Positions 57,223-64,000 of a stretch of 64,000 nt of DNA are shown here, piece by piece. Origin of the DNA: Macrostomum lignano (Eukaryota). Position 1 is the stretch's first letter; each line of letters opens with the position of its first letter. The notes below the pieces were generated by a model, which was not told the origin of the DNA, did not search any database, and saw only the letters and a program-made list of their open reading frames with translations. Where the stretch lies: the NCBI GenBank assembly GCA_002269645.1, contig NIVC01003024.1, positions 1-64,000 of the forward strand, written 5' to 3'. The position numbers and the translations under genes are program-made.

Positions 57223-58913
57223 CAAGGACTACTTAACAACTCAGGACGCTACACTCGCGAATGGTAGAAATTCTAGAAAAGGCCGCTTGCTTTAGCTGTG
57301 TCTATGGCAATGAAGCCTTTTCACTAACATTCTTTCATATTCTCAATGCTGGTTCAGACCAGCACTGCTGGTTTGTAGCAATAATTTTTTCGTCTAAAAT
57401 CTTGATAAATAGCAACACTCTTTTTCATCAAAATGCCAATGAAGTGCTGCATCCCTGGATGCAGAAGCAATTATAAGAGCGGTGAAAAATGCACTGTTTT
57501 TGGCTTTCCAAAGGAAGAAGCTGAAGCTGAGGCATGGCTCAATGCGTTGTCTGTGCAAGTTAAGGTAATTTATGTAGCCTTTTGATCCTAATTTTTCGTT
57601 TCTACTATAAAGATACTTATATTAACTGAATTGTGATGATCATTCCATTCTATCTGTAGAAGGCTAGCATCTACATGGGAGTCTGCAAAAATCACTGGCC
57701 TAAAAATGCACCACTGAAACGAATTAACCGCCATACACGCCCTATCGACCCACCCTCAATCTTTAAAGATTTTTCATTGACTTCCCTGCGTCAGACTGTC
57801 TCAAGTAAGTATGAATGGTTGTGTACTTTGTTTACTTACTAAGTTGTATCAGCCTGTTTCAAATATTTTAGGACGCTCTAGAGATGCTGGTCGGCGAGGC
57901 GTGCTGTTAGTCGACAGAGCTAGGGCCCCTGATGAATTGACTGCCTTCAATGCTGTCGACAGAATTGTCTCGTGGGCACTATTCATTACGTCAGCTTTGA
58001 GCCTGGATTTTGTTACCTCCGGAGGCTGGGTTGTTCAATGTCAGGATTTGCGAGTCGCATTGTTGAGTCCTCCGTTCGAGTTAAGAGCGATTTCACAGTC
58101 TTGGCGTATCGGCGCGATGTGCTTGTAAAAATTTCCGACATATTAGGTTTTCAGCACAGGCTGCAGCGCTACAGTCAGCTGGAAGCAATTGCTACGTTTC
58201 ACACAAAGAAAATTTGCCTGATCGAACAATTGCAACAAGTTTGCCTGGTCTGGATACTTCCGCTACTTGTAGTGAGTTCACTACGCTTGTATCTCGAGGG
58301 AAACTGAGCCATCCGCCTGAATGGTTAGTTGTCTTTGCCTGCTTCTGTTATGCCCATTCTCTTGGTTCTGGGCAGCGTTGTGTTAGCAGTTCCGTGCTTG
58401 TATTTGAGAAAATCTTCAAAAAATTTTGATGTTCAACTGGACCGAGATCTGCTGCGTGGAGTGTCTCGAAGACTGGCCAACTCCATCTATAAAGGCATGG
58501 TGCGCAGAGATTCCGAGACGTCCAGACAATCAACCACCGTTTGCTCTCGCCGACTCCGCAAACTGAAGCCTAGCTGAATGTTTATTTCAAACACCTGTAT
58601 ATTTTTAAACTTTGATATAGCCATCTATGTTTTCCTTATACAGTTATGTCCGGCGTTTTCCGGTTCGTTGCATATCGTACTTTTCAATTGTCGTTTACAA
58701 TTCTTATGCTGGGAATATTTGCATATATTTATTGTTTGTACAACTGTAAAAATAATTATTATAGCGCAAAACTTTTATAATTATCTATCACTTAGTACTT
58801 GCTTCTTTATCCAAAAGGCTTATTAAAAAAACATAGACAGCCAAATTAAGCGGCCTTTTCTAGAATCTCTACCATTCGCGAGTGTAGCGTCCTGAGTTGT
58901 TAAGTAGTCTTTT
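57223..58913 (+). mobile_element. Non-autonomous P-element-like transposon (1691 bp) with long TIRs and an 8-bp TSD
   Basis: TSD AGCAAGCC at 57215-57222 and 58914-58921. TIRs of about 65 bp (caaggactacttaacaactcaggacgctacactcgcgaatggtag...). Internal THAP exons, a linker and C-terminal transposase remnants; catalytic core deleted. Confidence 0.92.
57433..57804 (+). CDS. THAP zinc-finger domain (first two exons of the truncated P-like transposase)
   Basis: Exons 57433-57564 and 57660-57804 with a GT-AG intron give MPMKCCIPGCRSNYKSGEKCTVFGFPKEEAEAEAWLNALSVQVK/KASIYMGVCKNHWPKNAPLKRINRHTRPIDPPSIF (C2CH signature). A third exon from about 57872 is frameshifted. Confidence 0.85.
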
Positions 58914-59597
58914 AGCAAGCCACATGACTGATTGTGTCAATGGCAGCAAGCCACATTACTGATTGTGTCAATGGCAGCAAGCCACATGACTGATTGTGTC
59001 AATGGCAGCAAGCCACATGACTGATTGTGTCAATGGCAGCAAGCCACATGACTGATTGTGTATATGGCAGCAAGCTACATGACTGATTGTGTCAATGGCA
59101 GCAAGCCACATGACTGATTGTGTCAATGGCAGCAAGCCACATTATTGATTGTGTCAATGGCAGCAAGCCACATGACTGATTGTGTCAATGGCAGCAAGCC
59201 ACATTATTGATTGTGTCAATGGCAGCAAGCCACATGACTGATTGTGTCAATGGCAGCAAGCCACATGACTGATTGTGTCAATGGCAGCAAGCCACATGAC
59301 TGATTGTGTATATGGCAGCAAGCTACATGACTGATTGTGTCTATGGCAGCAAGCTACATGACTGATTGTGTCAATGGCAGCAAGCTACATGACTGATTGT
59401 GTATATGGCAGCAAGCCACATGATTGATTGTGTCTATCGCAGAAAGCTAGCATGATTGATTGTAACTATGGCAGCAAGCCACATGACTGATTGTGTCAAT
59501 GGCAGCAAGCCACATGACTGATTGTGTCTATGGCAGCAAGCCACATGATTGATTGTGTCTATCGCAGAAAGCTAGCATGATTGATTGTAACTATGAC
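58914..59597. repeat. 31-bp satellite, block 3
   Basis: Same unit resumes after the P-like element. Confidence 0.97.
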
Positions 59598-59659
59598 ACG
59601 TCGGAGGGTGAGGATCTGGGTGGTGGCGACGCCCCGACGTGGCCAGGCCAGAGCCTAGT

Positions 59660-60400
59660 ATGGGTCCAGCACTTGCTGTAGCCGCTTCAGTAGGCTCAGC
59701 TTGTTGAAGAGCTTATTAGCAGCGGAGGAAGTCAGGGAGAAGCCTCGGGACTCTTCCTTCCGCGTGGTGCCTGGCTTTTTGGGGATCGCAACCAGTAGGT
59801 GGTCATCCACTCAACAGGAACGGGGTCTCCGTCCAGAGCCCTGTTCATGCATGGTGTTCACCATCACCCTTCGGCCACTTGCGTGATCCGCAGAGCCTCA
59901 CCGGGAGTATTGTCCGTAGCCTTGCCTCCTGCAGAGCGGCTCACCGCCTCTAGCAACTCGGTCACACGGTGATAGGTCATGCGTTGAAATCACCCTATCC
60001 TGGCACGGCTGGCAGCGACACATCGGGGATGTCTTCCAGCTGCGGTGGGGCCAGAGCGTTCACAAAAAACTCCGCCAGCCGTTCGTCAGCTCGCTCGCCG
60101 CTAGATTGAGAAACGCCTCGGCGCCTGCGGCCTGTGAGCTCATTCTCACCGCGCTCCACACAAGTCCTGTGTTTCGCGTCGTGCCCCAGACAGACTGGAT
60201 GACCTCTCTTCCCATTAGGTTTGCTAAGCCATCTACATGTATAGGAGGTCGCCAGTGCCGCCTTTGCTTCATCCGCCTCTGCAACTCGTCCAGCTCTCCA
60301 AAGTCTCTGCATCGCCAGCCGTGCCGCCTGCTCCTCCAGGTCCGCCTACCAAACTGGCTTACTTTAATTTCTGCATGCGCGGGTGTAGAGATCTCCAAAA
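59660..60400 (-). mobile_element. Decayed non-LTR (LINE) ORF2 fragment, linker plus N-terminal RT region
   Basis: Minus-strand fragments NELTGRRRR, RLAEFFVNAL, ATDNTPGEAL, LLVAIPKKPG, RGFSLTSSAANKLFNK and KRLQQVLDPY match LINE RT domains 0-2; frameshifted. Confidence 0.75.
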
Positions 60401-60789
60401 CACAGTACAAAATAAACTACTATAAGTAGTAACGTAAAAATTCGAAAAACTCAAAAGCTAAAGATTCCAAATTGTCACACTCTATTTTTAAGACCACGAA
60501 AGCAACAAATGATCATCTTTTGCAACATTTAAATTTAGAACTCTGAATATGGTATTTGATTCTATAGGGGTCAAATTTCCAAAACCCAAAACTGTCCCCT
60601 ACTAAAAATAATCAGTTTTTCACGAAATTTTCCTATAAATACAAGCCAAAATCCGAGCTAAAAATCTCAGACTCGGAGCAGCCTCAAAACACCTTGAGCT
60701 GACTGCAGAAGCTAATCGAGGCTACATCTCTGAGGGAGAAGTAAACCAATTGGTGAGCCTTTGTTCGAGCCCTTGTTATTTGGATTACT

Positions 60790-61960
60790 GAGAGCGATTT
60801 TATTGCCGGCCGTTATTGATCAGTTGATTTAAACTGAGTTCACTGAATTTGAGGCCTCCCATTTTCCTAAGGGATTGGATAGGATCTGCGGACCGATTCC
60901 GATACCCTTAGAAGATTATCGATTTATTGATTTGGATTATCCTAGAGAAACCGATAGGAGCACACCACTCGACGACGTCGACGGATTAAATTGTTACGCT
61001 CTCACTTTCGGCCGATTTTAGACTTCAAGAAGACTACCCCGGGAGGAACAGCTCTACAGAGACGAGCTCTTCAAACACGCGCGACAAAGAAGAGGAGCCC
61101 GCAACAGTAAGTGATCACTGCATTTTGTTCCCAGGCTTAAGTGTCTGGAAGTGGGAGTTTTCGGGTGACTGATCACCTGCACTCGATCAAACTCTTCACT
61201 CTTCACGGCTGCGCAAATCTCGGTATCGCCGGTTATGTATGGCCTTAATCCTTTGATGAAATCCGTGAGCGCACGGGCCAAAGTCGTCCAAGTTTCATGG
61301 TTCTCCTGGGCCCTATAAAGAAGAAGTGATCGAGGATCCCGCTTTTGGGTGGGCGGTACGTTAGTGATCTCAAGGACTACTTAAGTAGAAGGACGCAAGA
61401 CTCAGAATTGGTGAAAATTTCATTGGAGGCCGATTTTTCAATGTATCTCCTGTGTACGCTATTAATCGTTAGATGCTTATATTTTTGCGCAGAATATAGG
61501 CAGTAACATATGCCCTTTCATTTAGGACATCAATAAGTTGAACAATTCGGACTTTAACACCTCAAAATACTTGTCAACAGTACAGTATCCGTCTAAAAGT
61601 GCTGATTTTATTATGTCAAAACAAACAAGAAAAAACGTGAAAAGAGACCAAACTAGCAAGTAGATAAGGATACTTAAGTAGTATACTTAAATATATACGT
61701 TACTTCAGTCGTCCTTGAGTGATCTGAATGTATGTGGAGCCATGCAGTGTCTTGATGGTGTAACAGTCGGTCACGTGATGGAACTCGCAGAAACTCGTGG
61801 TTCCCACTGCATTGCCCAGTCTCTGGATGGAAACTGGCGGGCCACCGCGCCGCTGCAGCTGCTGTGCATGCAGCCTCCATTTGCAGTCGATGAAAAGGTT
61901 ACCGGACTCTCATGCGGCTGCTTTCAGAAGATGTTGGCTGAGAAGATCCAGACATAGTGA
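60790..61960 (-). pseudogene. Decayed Transib/RAG1-like transposase fragment interrupted by a MITE
   Basis: After removing 61371-61725 the frame is continuous: FIDCKWRLHAQQ (decayed KWGxDG), then NVPPTQKRDPRSLLLYRAQENHETWTTL, then frameshifted GNKMQ*SLTVAGSSS/LCRAC and YRFL*DNPNQ*IDNLLRV. Assignment is by motif recall only. Confidence 0.45.
61371..61717. mobile_element. 347-bp P-like MITE with an 8-bp TSD
   Basis: TSD AGTGATCT at 61363-61370 and 61718-61725. Ends caaggactacttaagta and tacttcagtcgtccttg (15/17 inverted match). Left end matches the 57223 element over 14 nt. Confidence 0.9.
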
Positions 61961-62276
61961 AGCAAATTTAATTGTTTAAAACATTGGAATGTTCGCAGAA
62001 ATTCAGCAGCAGATACAAATCAATCGATCCCGAAATACAATTTTTCGGTGACCAAACATTTCGTCAACCGGCATTCCGTCAACCAGACATGACGTCAACT
62101 CAGCAAATTGTAGCTGATTATTATAGACCAGCTAGAGAAAGTGAAAAGTGGTATTGCGACGTCAAATTTATTTAAAACGTGCACACTTTTTGGAAGTAAA
62201 TTTTCGTAGAAACGCTCGGCCCTCAATGGTGCGCGTCGGCGTGTCGCGCCTTGGGGTTGCATCGTGCAGCTGAACA

Positions 62277-62380
62277 ATGCCCCGCGGGCGTCGGCGAGCT
62301 GCAAAATGCCCTGTTTGCCGTAAGGGCTTCAATGATGGTAATGACGGACTGGACTGCGACAGCTGCAGGAAATGGAGTAG
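62277..62380 (+). pseudogene. Truncated PHD-finger-like fragment, probably from a LINE ORF1
   Basis: MPRGRRRAAKCPVCRKGFNDGNDGLDCDSCRKW gives the first half of a C4HC3 pattern, then the sequence turns AT-rich. Confidence 0.45.
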
Positions 62381-64000
62381 AAATAATTTTTTTATGCAGG
62401 CGCATTTCTACATTGCATTTTTCATATCATTTTTAATACATCATATCCTCGATCCTCTTTGTGTCTTAGTCTTAGTAAGAGCAGCATTCCTACTTTTGAG
62501 TTTTAGCTATTTATCTACTTTTAAAAACTAATTAGTACCACAGATACTCCATACTCCAAATCCATGGTTGTTCATTTGTTTGCATATGATTATGAATACT
62601 ATGCACACATCTGAAGTATATAATATAAATAATATTTTTTAGTGTCTAAAAACAAATAGGCCTAATCAAGGCCTATAATATCAGAAGGCCTATTAAAATT
62701 TGAATTAGTACTACTAGTAGAATTACCTAGTATATAATATATTGTTGGTTGGACTAGTGGGGCTAGCTAGGCTATTAGGATAGGCTTGTATTAGTTAGAA
62801 AAAAAACAAGAAAAAGAGAGACCTAAATAAGAATTGGAATAAATATTCCAATATTATAAATTTATATTTTATTAAGAAAATATTGGCCAAATACGTAGGT
62901 AAGCCTGAGTAGGCCTAGTTAGCCTAGTTTAACTAATCCTAATTGAGTTAGACACTATTGTTATCAAGATATACATTATATAGCCTCTCTCTAGGTCTAG
63001 TCTAAGGCTGGCTAAGCTTTTAATAAACTATAAGTCTTAAAATGAATCTTTAAAATAATTTTTATGAGTTTTTTAAATTCTTTTTTTAGATATTTAAAAT
63101 AGTATTGATTACATTATTTTTCTTTATAAATAGGCCTTAATATAAACAGTTTGATTACTTTTCATAATATTTTTGTATATTACATGTATTCATATTTCTA
63201 GTATTGCTAAGTTATATCACTTTACGTCTTTAGGTAAGTAAAATATTAGAGATATTTTCATTGACTAAATTCATAGGCCCAACTTTAAATGTATAAATAA
63301 ATTACATTTTACCTTCTTAATACTTATTAAGTGTTATACTCATAGTTTTCAGTTTACAATTATATCAATATAGTGTAGGCCCGATACTTAAAGTTCAATA
63401 TGATTTTATTTTGGCATGACATAAGCACGGGGCCTTCTACTTTGTTTTATATAATATAAAATAGATTCCCATAGCCGTAGTTATTTAGGTGGGGATAGAG
63501 AAGAATTTTCTTGGAATGGGCAGCTTTGAAAATTTGCTAACACCAATGAGGTGGGGCGGATTCCTGTTTGGATTGCCACCAGCATTGAGTTCGCACAAAT
63601 AAAGCCAGAAAATTGCGCAGACGAATCAAAATGAATTTTTTCTCCTTTTACTCTAATAGCCGGGTCTTCAAGTCTGGAGGGAGGGTAGTCATAATCGTAG
63701 CAAAGCGGTTGTATAGCGGCCCAGTCATTCAAATTTGTAGACTCAATGGTCTAGACACCATAAATCTGTTTCTGAGTTATTGAGCTGATTACTATTAGTA
63801 GAATAGTGCTGATACCACTATAATTTCGTATTATGGAACGTTGAGATCTCAGAGCTCGTTTGGAGATGAGATGAGTTTGGTTGTTTAATGCCCCACAGGC
63901 AAATAACTCAAGATAAACTGTCAAGGGCTTTGATAAATGAACAACTAGTAAATTATTAATAATAATTATTGTGTTCCAGGGGAAACTCCTATCCTATTAT

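Noticed and set aside
50936-59597. 31-bp (and the 26063-26575 32-bp) arrays as CRISPR repeats
   Set aside because: Units are head-to-tail with no unique spacers, there are no cas genes and the context is eukaryotic.

Overview
Eukaryotic (animal) genomic DNA, not prokaryotic. It has GC-rich spliced exons, AT-rich CpG-poor intergenic blocks and very dense tandem repeats. This style suggests a free-living flatworm such as Macrostomum, but that is inference only. Reconstructable genes: a spliced ArfGAP2/3 gene (+, first exon not seen), a convergent 8-exon NOP9 gene (-), an intronless secreted PAN-like/LamG protein with one in-frame TGA (+), an intronless PAN-like/C-type lectin gene with a 1-nt frameshift (-), a 77-aa RFamide neuropeptide precursor (-) and an intronless SID-1 family gene (+). 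Mobile DNA: an intact Ty3/Gypsy (Mag-like) element with identical 253-bp LTRs and a THAP-encoding P-like element, both inserted in a 31-bp satellite; a P-like MITE; a decayed P/THAP9-like transposase; a decayed tyrosine-recombinase-like element; a tRNA-derived SINE; LINE and Gypsy fragments. Removing the MITE in silico rejoins a decayed ORF with Transib/RAG1-like motifs. Twelve of the 13 visible introns carry their own tandem repeat, and several repeats contain splice-site-like or SINE-promoter sequence. All calls come from reading the sequence by eye; no database searches were run.
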